Assembly: GCA_977030845.1 (NCBI GenBank)
Contig: OZ365109.1
Span: forward strand, 62,496,001-62,560,000
DNA from: Fimbriosthenelais zetlandica
Taxonomy: Eukaryota
Reading direction: 5' to 3'
DNA: 64,000 bases
The translations under genes and the position numbers were made by a program. Every line of letters begins with the position of its first letter. Within the stretch, counting starts at the first letter, position 1. Below are positions 36,471 through 49,626 of the stretch, piece after piece. The notes beneath the pieces were generated by a model. It was not told the DNA's origin. It did no database searches and was given only the letters and a program-made list of their open reading frames with translations.

Positions 36471-39319
36471 GGATGGCTCTGCCTGAACTGTTGGTTCAGC
36501 CAAGCCTGCCCTCCATCGACCAACCCAAGCCAAGCAATGAAGTGCGCCTAATAGGACTGGGTGACTGGGGGCATCCCACCACCTGCTTCTTGGGATGAAG
36601 GTATCAGCACTATGCATATTATATTATATAGGCCCAGACTGGCTGTATGGACAAGCAACAGTATCGGTGATCAATCAGATCAAAGTATTTCACTAGGAAT
36701 TGAAATGAAAGTCTCAGGTCATAACAGCAAAAGATCGCTTGCTATCTAGGCTATGAATAGTATGTTCAATTTTTCTGACTTCACTAGATGCTATTAGGAC
36801 TTCACTTATGACCATTTTGGGGACCTGTATTAAAGGGTGTTTGAATGAGGCAACTAATGGATATTATACACCACAAAGATGATATTTTTTGTTGTGGTCG
36901 CATTGAAGTGGGGACCTGTCTTTTTACTCATGTTGTCAATACAAAAAGTACGATATATTGTAATTTGAAGAGATCTATCTCATACAACTCCATGTGAGTA
37001 ATGACTTTACAATGCCTGTTTGATGCATAAATGCATTTAATTCACCAGAGTGTTGTGTAACTTTGGGTTGTTAAACCCAATATCCCAGTTATCAAAAATA
37101 GATGCATTCCCAGGGATTGAATTGCTTCTTCTCCGAAAGTCCTAAAGTTTTAACATGGTAACTTGATACGACCCCCGCTCCCCATTCCCAATCCTCTTCT
37201 CACTGTAAAATAAGCATTCAAAACCCCATGAGGGTTCATCTTCGGACGTCGAATCTGCTGATCATTCCATCCAAATACTTTCACAATGCAAGCCAAAAGC
37301 TTTTTACACGAATGCCTCATACAGTATACATGTACATGTATACTTCAATAATTGGAAACGGGAAATATTGCAAAACGGGTCTAATTCAAATTTATGAAAT
37401 ATCGAAACACAAAATAATGTGTATTAATAAGGGACATGAGGAATAAGCTCCATAGTTTAAGCACTATAAATTAATGCTAACCTGTTTTAACACTAGATCT
37501 AACTACATTCCATCAAGCTGTGAAAGTTTGACGCAATTAAACGGGTGTAATGTCTAGACTGTGGCATGTTGCTGCTAATAAAAAGGCAGCGCAGTAATAG
37601 GTTGATCAGTAAGGTTGCTGGGGTTAGACATAAACAAGAGTAGGTCCTCGACGCCATGCTAGTCCTGATTTGTTACTCACTTAACCATGTTATAGAATGA
37701 TGGATCATTAGCAATGGTATCACTGATACGGTGGGAAGACCATAGTTTGCTTACACGTGGGATCTCATTAATCCGGACCTCGTTATTCCGGATGATTCGA
37801 TATCTGAACGGTTTTCTCCACGGAATTAATCCACTCATTTTTAACCATGCATGATCCTACCATAGCAGAAAATGACTAATATATATATATATGTGTGGTG
37901 CTATAATTATAGCGTTACTCATGGACATTATTTTTCATATGTTTTAAAGTTTAATGGCCCAGTTTATCGCAATTAAAATGTTCTCTTCCGAAAATGGAAT
38001 ATCCGACTTATTGGAATATGATACAGTCTTTCCATGCCCACCCACACATGCACCCTCGGCTGCAATTGCCTTTTTCTTTTTGTCATTGCCTCTATATTTC
38101 AATGATTCATGTCTGCATCTACCTCGGGGCTCCTGAGTGACAGGAGACAAATGTTTTGTACCGTTTGTTGAGCACACGACTGCCTAACCGCACCACATAG
38201 TAAACGCTACCACTCTAGCCCTTTACCACATGATTGCCCTCTTCCGGCTTGATCCATTTCCAAAGGAAAATTATCTTGGAAATGTCGTTGGTTACCACAA
38301 TTATCCATGACGAATTTCATCCTGATTTTTCGTTCAGAGATTTTATTTAATTTTACCAGGGAGTCTTTATTTATTTTTTTGAAATAATGTGAATGGCTTA
38401 GCCTGTCTGAGGAGGTTTTAACATGGAGAAACGAGTACTGAATGACTGGTGTTTTTCACACATTGTTACGCGCTCGTTTCTTTAAGAAAGTGTTTCGACC
38501 AGCCACTAAACTGGTTAACAAACTTCGTTTCAACCCATGCAAATGCAATTTCGGTTTGTGGGCCTGGGGTTATAATTAGTGTAGAGTCCTTGGGACTCGC
38601 ACTAATTATTTTCCTCAAGTGGTTGTCAAGGCGACGACCAGGTGGTGGGAAGTTCGTTTTTCTAAGAAAAACAGGACAATTATTATAATGACGAGGAGCT
38701 GGATTCATATAAATATTTGTCCTGGTACCACAATTCATGCATGTCTTATTCCGCCACGTAGAATGGGCCAATGGGATAATCAATATGGGCGATAATACGG
38801 GGAAGTGTCATTCGGTTAGTTGTAAAAACCGCTGATCTTGATGGCTCCCCAGAGGGTTTAATTTCTACTGACAAAGGGAGAAAAAGGTGTGGGATTCGGG
38901 TTGTCAAGTAGCAGGAAATGAGGGGGGATCATTTTTTGGAAGAGACAGATGGATGCTGCCTTGAGGGAAATATGAAGAAAGGTGTCGGGAGAGGACATGG
39001 TGTCTGATAAGAGGGAGAAAATGAGACCCTTGGCTTGGTAGATATCATTATTGGTAATGATTATGAATGAATTTATAACTGAATTTATTGGATTAATAAT
39101 GGGTATGGATGAGTTCAAAGATTGTATTATGATGAAGTGACTCAAGATAATGTAGATTATTGGGGCCAAACAATTCAATTAACCATTTGTATATAACACT
39201 ATGTACTGTAGGCCTTTAATGCATTATGTGTATGCCAAAAATCACGATGGGAACCTTTAATGTCTGTTAAATGGCAGTGTTACCAGAGGCCATAGGCGTT
39301 ATGTTTATTATATATTATA

Positions 39320-39355
39320 CAAGCTAGAACCGGACTGAAGTCCGGTTCTAGCTTG
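39320..39355. repeat. Perfect 36-bp palindrome (17-bp arms, 2-nt loop)
   Basis: CAAGCTAGAACCGGACT-GA-AGTCCGGTTCTAGCTTG. Confidence 0.96.
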
Positions 39356-42270
39356 CAATTATAGGGCCTAGTTTTGTAAAAATATTTTTTCCTATTAAGT
39401 GGTAACAGAGAAAGATGCGATTGGAATATAAAGACAGGCTTAATAAAAATAGACCTACATTTTTCAGTGGTTGAGAGGCTTAAGAATAGGCCCTGAGTTA
39501 GGCGAGCATAGGCCACAGACAAGCTAGATCGAGGCCTAGCATCAACAATAAGCCCGGCATAAGCCTACCCCCATTTTCCCAGGGCCAGTAATTTTGATTT
39601 AAAAAAGAACATATTTCAAGTTTTCCAGGACAGGTAGCGGAATTACCGAGGCTAGGCAAAATATATAGTGATCCTAAATCTTGACCTAGCATAGGCCTAC
39701 CGTATAAACAACCATGTTTCATTAAACAAAATTTAAAAAAAATAATTTCAATGATTCTATCGCTTGGATAATTAATGCAATGTCAGGTTTTTAAAGCAAT
39801 GTAAGCCTAGGTTTTATTTTAGACACAGTATTTAGGGCCAAATATTTCTTAGCTACACGGGGCCTATTGGGATCTAATGGTAAATTTCAGGCCTAATCCA
39901 GGGAATGAAGCAATAATTATTTTATATCACAGTTTTAGCCTGATCTTACCACAATGCACAAAAATCATGTTTCCTCTAATTAATATTATTTAGGCCTACC
40001 AAAGTGAATAAACTCTTTGGGTCTATTTCCTAAATCCTTAACACAATTTCTTAATTCACAGAGCATGCTTCAACAATGTTGCCTAAATTTAATTACTTTC
40101 ATACTTTTGGGCCATCGTAGCTGTGACCCACTTGGGGGACGTCTGCAGCAGTTCTAAGCTGAATCAATGTTTTTTTATAGATGTTTTTTTGTTTAAATAA
40201 TATTTCGTACTTATGGGCCACCGTACCTTGACCCAAATACCTACTCCACCCCTTACTCTATATGTCACATCTACTGTGAATGGCACGCAGTTTTGTGGGC
40301 GAAGGGTCACTCGAACTCTTGTTGACAGTCAAGTAAACAATGATGTTTTTTATTCAATTTCTGCATAAATAAACTACCCCCAAAGCTCATCTTCTGCAAA
40401 GTGAACCCAGAATATGTCTTGTGTAGGCTCGTAATGATAAATTTGAGCCAGACAGGAAAGCAATGTCAGAAATAACCTCCGCAAATTACTTATATTCATG
40501 AGCGATTTGATGTCAGTAAACGGCTTCAAGTTGAACCATGCCTTTCAGATGAATTGAAGCTCATTTCTCGACAAATACTTGGATTTAAACAGTCTATCTT
40601 ACAGAACATCTTGCGGATATGTCAATCTGTCCATGTCATATTATGAATAACAGTGACATGGTGTATTTCTGAAGTTTATGGAGGTCTTAGTGGTCGCGGA
40701 ATCCACCTGAAGTGATGATTTTTGATTATTTAAATGAGGGGCCCTCAGAGGGGGCTCAATTCCCAAGATTAAAACGATGAAAAAGATTACAAAAACACAA
40801 AATGTCCCCCTGTAATCGTGCATATCGTGTTGTACAAAGTTGATTTCACCACTGTTATGATCTCTAAGAGGTGGATAGAGTTTTTCGAGTTTTTATTAAC
40901 GTTCGTATTATTATTATATATAGAGAGGAGAGGGCTGGCCTCATGGGTTTTTCTAAATACAGGCTGATTTTGGTCCTCATTCTATATTCCTGGGGTACAA
41001 AACCGCCGCAAAAGGGGATGAAAGAGGAAAAAAAATCAAAATAATCTTCAGAATTGTATTATAAGGGTGTTATTTACCTAATGAACCAGTTTTAGCTCAA
41101 TTTTAAAGCCCTGACAGTTATTATTAGAGAAAATACTATTATTATATAAGACTTCAGTTAAATATGAGCGGGACAAATGTTAATGGCTGAAAATATTCCA
41201 TCACTTGGACCCGAATCCATCATTTTCAGTAACTTCAATTAAGGATTATGAATGTCTGCCATTTCTAAGCCAAATGCCATCATCACTTTAATGCTAGGCT
41301 GAACATTACCTGGCAATGTGGAAGCATGCTTCACTGATCTTGCTGAATCCCTAATTGAAAGCGATTTAAAACTGCAAGTCAACCCTAATTCTGAATGGAG
41401 ATCATCCCAGCCTGCGAACACAAATCGAAGCAGAATCTTAAAGAAAAGAGGATTTGTAATGGCTATCGATCGACTTAGCTGTAAAGCCTATCCCCAGATA
41501 CTGCTCGAGAATCTTCTTGGCTTTCAAAAGGAGAAGGAGCTAGTGGCATGGAAAAGAAAGGAAGCAAAGTAATTGGGTGATGGCAAAGGCGGCACTCTAC
41601 AGGCTGAATTGTAATGTGCATTTAAACCAACTGCAAGTGAAGCTTATTGTGAATCGGGGTAGAAATAGTTGGAAATTTAGTTTCAACTTCCCTATTTTAT
41701 TGATTCATTGAAAAAAACTTTAACAATTCAATATAGGGACTTCGTGATCAAATAATTATAATTATTTAGAATGCAAAATGTACTATAAATGTCTGCAAGT
41801 TCCCCCTTGATGGTATACCACAGAGCACTGCTTGATGGATAGGTTTCTATAATGCATCCCTTCATACCTGAATCCCCCTTGAATTGATTTTTCAAAATAT
41901 TGCTACTCAACAGCATGGCAACAACTTGACACCTTCTGGGAACCTTTATGACACATTACACTCTAAAGTACTCGGAGCTCTCAGATAAATCTGAAAAATC
42001 AGGTGGTATAAGAAGGTATGCTTAATCAAACAAAATTGTTTCACAATCATGTAACTTAAATTCATAGCAAATGGCTGAATCCATTGTACATAATATAATA
42101 ATACATACAAGTAAAGGTCTCTTAATCCAGACCTGTCAATTGCCCGAATCTGATGGTGAAGAGAAAAGGTTAATGATAGGTTGGTCCTTATCAATATAAT
42201 GTCATTGCACTATGTGTGTCATAATCATGTTATCGACTATTATTTTGTTGAAGTTGAGGGACCAGGGAAA

Positions 42271-42640
42271 TGAACCTAATCTGCAGGGGACTGAACCTAA
42301 TCTGAAGGTGACTGAACCTAATCTTCAGGGGACAGAACCTAGTCTGCAGAACATCTGACTGGACATAATCTGCAAGGAACGGAACCTAATCTGAAGGGGA
42401 AGGAGTAATCTACAGGGGACTGAACATAACCTAAAGGTGACAGAACATAACCGTAAAAAGTGACTGAACCTAATCTGCAGGGGACTGAACCTAATCTGCA
42501 GGGGAAAGAACCTAATTTGCAGGGGACTGAACCTAATCTGCAGGGGACTGAACCTAATCTAAAGGGGACTGAACCTAATCTAAAGGGGACTGAACCTAAA
42601 TCTAAAGGGCAACTGAACCTACAGGATACTTAACATAATT
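42271..42640. repeat. Minisatellite, 21-bp unit, ~17 copies
   Basis: Consensus TGAACCTAATCTGCAGGGGAC, with a few indel-bearing copies. A related monomer sits near 42716-42735. Confidence 0.95.
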
Positions 42641-43486
42641 AGCAAGGGATAAATAATATTTAAACTTTTCTGATGTGGACATGTATAGGAACCGATGTGC
42701 TGGAGTCTGGCTCTGTAATCTGCAGGGGACTTAACACAGCCATTTTAATGTAGACTCCAAAGACATCTCATATCAGACAGCTGGTAGACATGAGATGTTA
42801 CCAGGCAAGCCAGCGTGAAATGATGCAAGCTGATAAGATTCACACAAGTTATGACATGCCGTCATCGTAACTGATTATTCCTACAATACCTTCAGAATGG
42901 ACGCCCATCCCTCTCAATTATACTATATAACACTGAGAGATAAGTTGAGACATGGCCCAGATTATTACTTAGCCATTCCTCCTATCCCAGAAAAAAACCT
43001 TCTTTATTATTCAGCACTGCATCCAATAGTTCAAGCAAATACCCAGTGCTTTTGTGGGCCTATCGTTGTGTGACAAAATCAACATGAACCAGCGCACTGC
43101 GTATGGCAATTATTCATAATTGTCTTCCCTTTGTGGGCATAGTCGATGGGGACTGCTATGATCTGCTATAGGAGAAAGGCAGTGATTCAAAGATTGAGGG
43201 AAGTATCCGAGTACAAGATTATTGATATGTTCTCCACAAGAGGAAATCACTGGTAATATTTGTCTTAATTGATATCCAGTCTTTGGTGGCAGAGGCATTG
43301 CCTCGCAGACTCTCTAGATTGCCTCGCAGATTCTCTAGATCAGATTGTACATTCTTACAAAAGGTTGGCCACAATTTCTATGGCGCGATTTTTGGTTTGG
43401 AGGTTTGGTATTTTCATGAAATATCAAAGACGTTTATTTTACCAAGAACTTATAAACATCCTACATAGATATACATCTAAATATCT

Positions 43487-43848
43487 AAACATTAGTTGGC
43501 ACAAAACTTAGTTGGCATAAAAATTAGTTGGCATAAAAAATAGTTGGCAAAAAAATTAGTTGGCATAAAATGTAGTTGCCTAGTAGACCAAATTAGTTGG
43601 CATAAAAATTAGTTGGCAAAAAAATTAGTTGGCAAAAAAATAGTTGGCATAAAAAATATTTGGCATAGTTGGCATAAAAAATAGTTGGCATAAAAATAGT
43701 TGGCCCGAAAAATAGTTGGCACAAAAATTAGTTGGCATAAAATTATTTGGCCAAAAAATTAGTTGGCATAAAAATTAGTTGACATAAAAAATAGTTGGCA
43801 AACAAATTAGTTGGCAAAACAAATAGTTGGCATAAAAATTAGTTGACT
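43487..43848. repeat. Minisatellite, ~16-bp unit, ~23 copies
   Basis: Consensus TAGTTGGCATAAAAAT with variable A-tract length. Confidence 0.96.
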
Positions 43849-45759
43849 ATTATACAAGTTGGAGGCACAAACCTGAGTATGAAACACTTCAGTGTAACTT
43901 AAACGACTGGGGCTATCTGTGATGTATATTGTTAGGCTTATACAGCTAAACAACTTAAACAATTAACCCACTATGCCTACACAAAATAAACGATTGGACT
44001 CCTAAATGACACGCCAGTGTCTACAGCCTCTATTTTGTTCAGGTATATGAATACTTTTGACTTCCACTGTAATCCTGTCCCCTGATGATAAACCTGAATG
44101 GGAGGATTCAACAGGCACAGTCTGAAGGATATGGTTGCCCGTCTATAGGGCTTTTTCACTCTCTGATCAGGGGTTGCTTTTGAATAAAAGGATGAAGTTC
44201 ACCAGATTCAGCTTCATAGAAAAGGAACCAAAATTTCCAAAGACTTAGCATTGATAATAGTTGTTCTAAAACAGGCCCCTGATAATTGTAAACATACGTG
44301 GGATAATTCTTTAGTGACACCTGCCATTGTGTCTTTTTTTATTTTCGTGCTTAATCAATACTATATAAATCTTCATACTAGTTACACCAATCTGATACAT
44401 CAAAGAAACTAGCTGCACCTTACCTGCCAGCCTCTTGACAACTATTTCAATATTTGCTGAGTCAACAGGATTACTATTGTTCCTTGCTCTGCACCCAAAG
44501 ACAGGCATAGAATTCCCAGATGATCAGTGACAAATCTTGCTCTCCCCCATGCCTTCCTACAAATAGGCTATATTGATAAGCTATATCTGCCTGTGAATGC
44601 CTCGCCCAGTATTGCTGCTCTACACTCCCCCTTTGGTTGTTCTATGACGTTCTGTGTGAATTGGAGGAAATGTACTATCGGCCTACTCAGCGTCCAAATC
44701 CCCCTCTCTTTGTTCTTAATATTTCTGTTCATGATTAGGGCACAGTACCAGTCATCTGTCACTGCTTACAACTAACTTGCATGCATGATTTCATTCCTAC
44801 TTTTCTCGTCTTAATCCCTTTGAGTATTTAAAAGTTTTGAAAGGAATTTAAAGATGGATCATTCTTTATCCCCTTTTCAAAATGTTCCTGGCATTTCAGT
44901 GACATTAGCAATTTCCATCCGGTATAATTTGCATTTGAATTCGACTTGGACAGTGGACGGCTCGCCCTATAATTATTATAAAAGAAAATATAGCCTTTGC
45001 TTAAGTAGCTTGGTTTCTTTTAATTGAAAGAACCGTGGCATTTATCTCTAGATTTTTAAGTTCATAATCTACTTTAAAGCCTGATTATCTAAGCTGACAT
45101 CTGCCTTATCAAAATATCAGTAAGGCATTTGTCATAATCTTTAATGATGACCCCAATTAACAAAGCTTATATTATAATAAAGGTCTATAAGTGCCCGAAT
45201 TAGAAATGATATTTTTATGTAGTATGACAAAAAGAAGTACACATGCACATTGATTTATATCAAAGAAACGAATTTTAGTTTAGTAGTTGACAAAAAATAG
45301 AATTTATAAATCAGAATTTTGAGGCACAAATTTAGCAAATTGGGCACTTCAGGAAACTAATGGTTTTTACATTTACTAATACGTGATTTTGGGTGAACTA
45401 CACTTCCGGAGACATGGCTACTTCCGGTATTGGCCGTATAGGGACTAAATGGTGAAAAAATGGTCTAAAAAATGGAGAGGCGGCAGAATGCCTCTCAGAT
45501 TCAAGAAAAAAAAACTACTTCTGATCTTGTTGTGAAAGGGATTCCATGGAAGAATTTTCCTAGTGGCAGTACTGGAAATAATAGGGCAGATGAAATGAGC
45601 TTATCTCGGACCCCTCTGGTAGAGGAATATAAGGTGTCTACAACTCGTTCAGAGACAAATCATCGACTAGCGGAAAGTTGGGGAACTAGAATCGCTATCC
45701 GTAATTTTTCTTTTTGGGGGCTGTGTTGGTATGTCCATCGCCAACCCATAGATAGGGGG

Positions 45760-46110
45760 CAACCCTAACTTATGCCAATGAGGGCGTGGCGTCTTAGGAG
45801 GGTTGGTCCATTATTGACGGGAGGGGTGGGTGGTAATGTCCATTCCAAGGCATTAACTTCTCTGACACCAGACCCAAATGTCATTTGTGGAGTACCCCCC
45901 TTCGCCAATCCCTAAATTATGGGCATGAAAGCGTGGCCTCTTGGGAGGGGTTGGTCCATCATTGATGGGGGACGGGTGGGTACATTATTGACGGGGGAAT
46001 GGTGGGTGATAATGTCCAATACAATGCTTCTCTAACACTATATTATTTTGTGAGGGTTTGGTCCGTTATTGGTGTGGGTGGTGGTGTGGGTGGTGGTGTC
46101 CATTCTGGCA
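45760..46110. repeat. Degenerate G-rich direct repeats (~150-bp period)
   Basis: CCCTAA(C/A)TTATG...GCGTGGC.TCTT.GGAGGG.TTGGTCCAT.ATTGA.GGG occurs at ~45766 and ~45910, with partial copies to ~46110. Confidence 0.75.
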
Positions 46111-46599
46111 ATGCATTGGCTTCATCATTTTTTTGATTACCAAGGTTAACCTCTCGTTATCTTAAGTTATCAAAGACTCAAGTGTTTCAAATACACAGTA
46201 GTTAAAGATACAAAAATGATACACAGTAAATACCTATCAATTATTGTTGCTTTTTCACGGGTAAAATTGAACAGCCAGCACTGTGGTGCCAGTAGTGGCA
46301 TTGTTCAGCACCAGGGCCAGATCTATCCACGAGGTGGCAGTTCAGTTACAACTACAGCTGTGAAATTGCTGTCCCCCCGGGAGAGGGATGGGGACTTCAA
46401 CATTTGAAAAAAGGGGTAATTTTTCAGATTGTTTTTCTTGAAAATATAAAATAGGTATGTTTTCGAGAAAGAGAACGGACAATTTCTCATAAAATTTGAT
46501 AAGTATAGGCTTGGTATGATGAATTTCTATTTCAGAGAGCATCTTTCCCATTGTATTTTTCAAGTATATTCTCTTACAGCATATTATCCAGTCACCTAC

Positions 46600-47045
46600 A
46601 GGGACTGGGGTTTATGCGGGTCACATTCTGCTAAGAGAGATTGCAATTGCTTGCTTTTGCTGTCCAATTCTGGAAACATTATCATTTTCTGGCAGCAATT
46701 GATGCACTTGCAGATGATAGTCTTGTAGACCAGCTTCATGTACACGGAACACTGCAAGAATCACCAGGCAATGATCCCTGGTAGATATCCAAGTAATGTA
46801 TCAGGTCAATTGAGATATCAACTAGATATTCATGACTTGCAATTCTTGCAAGTTTCATACCCATGTTTTCCAATGCCTTCCCACACAGGTGGGGCAGGGT
46901 TTATAGATGCCCAGACACCTATACATGGACTAGGGGCAGTATTGTCAGTGTCATTCTGTCAAAGGGGATCTCATTTATAGCTGACTTTTGCCTTGCGATT
47001 CTGGCAACCTATCATTTTCTAGCAGCATTTTGATACATTTGGAAT
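46600..47045 (-). repeat. Dispersed repeat family, copy B (reverse of copy A)
   Basis: The reverse complement matches 26166-26600 (e.g. AGTCCATGTATAGGTG.CTGGGCATCTATAAACC; GGGATCATTGCCTGGTGATTCTTGCAGTG). ATCATTTTCT recurs at 46681 and 47011. Confidence 0.9.
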
Positions 47046-49313
47046 TCATGGTTTCAAACTCAACCTGCAGCATTCGCTGTAAGGATTGTAATACTGCTCC
47101 CTCTTCCGTCATAGACCTAGGCCCTACTGGTGGTTTCCTCTAGCGTCTTGGTCTTGCATCCCTTTCTCGATCATTCGTAACGTTACTTCCCCATTCAAAC
47201 GATAGGTGGGGTAGCTGCAGAGCTAGCTTGCACTTTGCAGCGCAGCGACAGAATTAAATCGTCTGTATTACGATATAGCCGAGATAGTTTGTTGGATTTC
47301 AGTCATATCCCAATACCGAGATGTCTAGGCCAATATATAGGCCATATGTACAGGCGATGACTAATTGATAAATTAATTAATGATCTGTTATTTAAAACTA
47401 TCCATTCATGACAATATATAAGCCTTACTTACCCTTCAAGCCCCTTTGGCCAAGGTAAAAGACGAAGGGCTTAGTTCAGAGGATTATCTGTATTATTCAC
47501 CCAGGCCTAACAAACTTAAGTTTATTCTTAAACTTTAAATTTATTCTGAAACGGACCTCGACTCGTGTAACGTGTGCAAAGCTTCAAGTTCATCTGTATC
47601 TATATATGAAAGTTCATGCAGTGTCTGAAAAAAGGATCACATATTTCCCTATATGAACAGCGATATGGGATCCTAACACACCAAGCTCACTGAATAATCT
47701 CCCCATTTCCTAATAACGCCTACATAGATGGGGGGATCATGGCAAGTTGAGACTTCATTTTAACTCCTCATTCTTGAAGGGTCATCGCTCTGATATGCAG
47801 ATCGACCTTTTCCAAAAGTTAAATTTGTTTTTTTTTTTAGCATTACCATTCCTATATCATTTGGAATAAGATCTATATAGAATCTATTAGGGCCTATTAT
47901 TGTACCTTTAATATATCAGCCACTGCAAATACAATGGTTTCTTGAAATGTCAAACTGCCATATCTTATTTTGTATGAATATTGCGATATCCCTTGATATT
48001 TGAAGTTAATATACTTGTTTATGTTGGTTAATGAAGTTAATAAACTATTATCTCGTCCTGACAGAGCCTTTAATGAAAATACCCCACAGTTTATAAATAC
48101 ATGCAGTGTAATATATCCATTATAAACTCTTTCCAATGTCACTGACTTCGGCCTGGGTTCCAGATCGATTTCATTATTTAAAATATGGCCCCATTGACAG
48201 TTTGACAGAGGCAATTAGAGACAATAATGAAACGTTATGTCTGCCTTAAGAGAAGATTATATCTCCTATATACCCATGGGATGTATAAAATATGACATTG
48301 ACGTCCAAGTGAATTATCTTTTTAATGATGACAGAGATTATTCTTACAGTAAGAGTAGCTCGCTAAGCAAAGAATTCATTTCTCTGCATAACCCGTAGGC
48401 CAATATGCCACTAAATGTTATTTTACCTTTTTTCTAGCTAGCTATGGTATATATGGTTATGAAAAATATCAATTCGGTTACTATAGAGACCTATGATCTT
48501 TAATGTGCATCCATGGTATTGTCATGATCAAAATAATATTGGTTACATTATTGTTCAACCATCAAGTATTATAGTTTTTCGAGTAGAGCAGCCCTAACTA
48601 TTTATTGATAATTATTGTATGATTGATTGTATGATTACCCTCAATTATGTTTAATATTGCAGGCATGATCATATAGTTCCTCACTTCCTGCCGAGTGATA
48701 ATTTGGATATTACAACATACATGATTACATACACTTGTATGTCACTCATAGGAAACAGAACATTAATGGCCTAAAATGACCAAATCGTCAAAATTCCAAG
48801 AGATTATTTCCATCGTCTCATTGACCATGTTTACCTAAGAGTCAGTTGTGTGGAAAATTTGAATGAAGCCTCATTGTTCGCGTAAATTGGACGCATTTGA
48901 GCGTCGGTAGATGTTTTCATGCGAGGTTGAATTATTAATGAGAAGAGCAGCTCATAATGCTCATAATGGTGTGATGTTGACAGAGGCGTGTTTGTTCGAC
49001 ATCAGTCAACTCTAAACCACTATCCATATATATATATAAAAGTCATCCCTCATTCAATATCATATCTCACAGCACTCCCACTCGTTGAAACCCAAGCAGC
49101 GAGTTCATAAGTTTGGAGTTAATATTAAATATGATCCACGTACATACACGATGCATTATGCCGACAACTTCTCATTATAAGTCCCTATCAGGGTGTTTTG
49201 CCATTGGCAAGGTTCCTTGTACAACAGGGGTAGATGCCTAAAACTCCTCAGAATCACGGTGTTGCACAACCAATGCTTTAGCCTATGGTTGTATATAAAA
49301 CCCTGACTAATTG

Positions 49314-49626
49314 ACTGTACAAGTCAATCCTCAATGGCGAGGGTCGGCGATGCTACCCTCGTCGAGCGATTGTATTGTAAACAGGTGCGGATTTAGCCCT
49401 ATTTTTTAAGGGTTAACTTGACCCTAACCCTAGGTTTAAGCCTAGGGTTAACCCTAACCCTGTGGTAAACGATAGTTAACCTTAACCCTAAAAATCCTGG
49501 ATCCGCCCCTGGTAAAACAATATTTTTACAACACTTTTTTCACGAAAACATTGCTTGAACAATGCAAACACTCGACGAGGTTGCCCTCGCCGGCCGTCCC
49601 CATTGGTGAGGTTGTCTGTTACAGTA
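49314..49626. mobile_element. MITE-like element with ~65-bp imperfect terminal inverted repeats (host of nested insertion)
   Basis: Left ACTGTACAAGTCAATCCTCAATGGCGAGGGTCGGCGATGCTACCCTCGTCGAGCGATTGTATTGT aligns with the reverse complement of the right end, ACTGTAACAGACAACCTCACCAATGGGGACGGCCGGCGAGGGCAACCTCGTCGAGTGTTTGCATTGT. Confidence 0.75.
49382..49511. mobile_element. 130-bp hAT-like MITE with telomere-like internal repeats, nested in the element above
   Basis: Termini are CAGGTGCGGATTTAG and CCTGGATCCGCCCCTG (reverse complement CAGGGGCGGATCCAGG). The interior has CCCTAA-type units and the palindrome TAACCCTAGG-N6-CCTAGGGTTA. GTAAA flanks both sides. Confidence 0.75.

Noticed and set aside
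37323-37344. 22-bp perfect palindrome AGTATACATGTACATGTATACT
   Set aside because: It is built from the self-complementary low-complexity TACATG word that is common throughout this window, so it is expected by slippage.
40255-40340. Aspartic-protease-like LYV..VNG...LVDSQ
   Set aside because: The catalytic motif reads DSQ rather than D(S/T)G and the peptide is isolated.
42271-43848. CRISPR-like arrays (also considered 28879-29630 and 61561-62182)
   Set aside because: The units are head-to-tail without unique spacers, there are no cas genes, and the context is eukaryotic.
43977-44510. Gypsy protease/RT-start-like peptides (MPVFG, IEAVD...SPIV) on the minus strand
   Set aside because: The similarity is only a few residues and no RT core was found beyond the neighbouring minisatellite.
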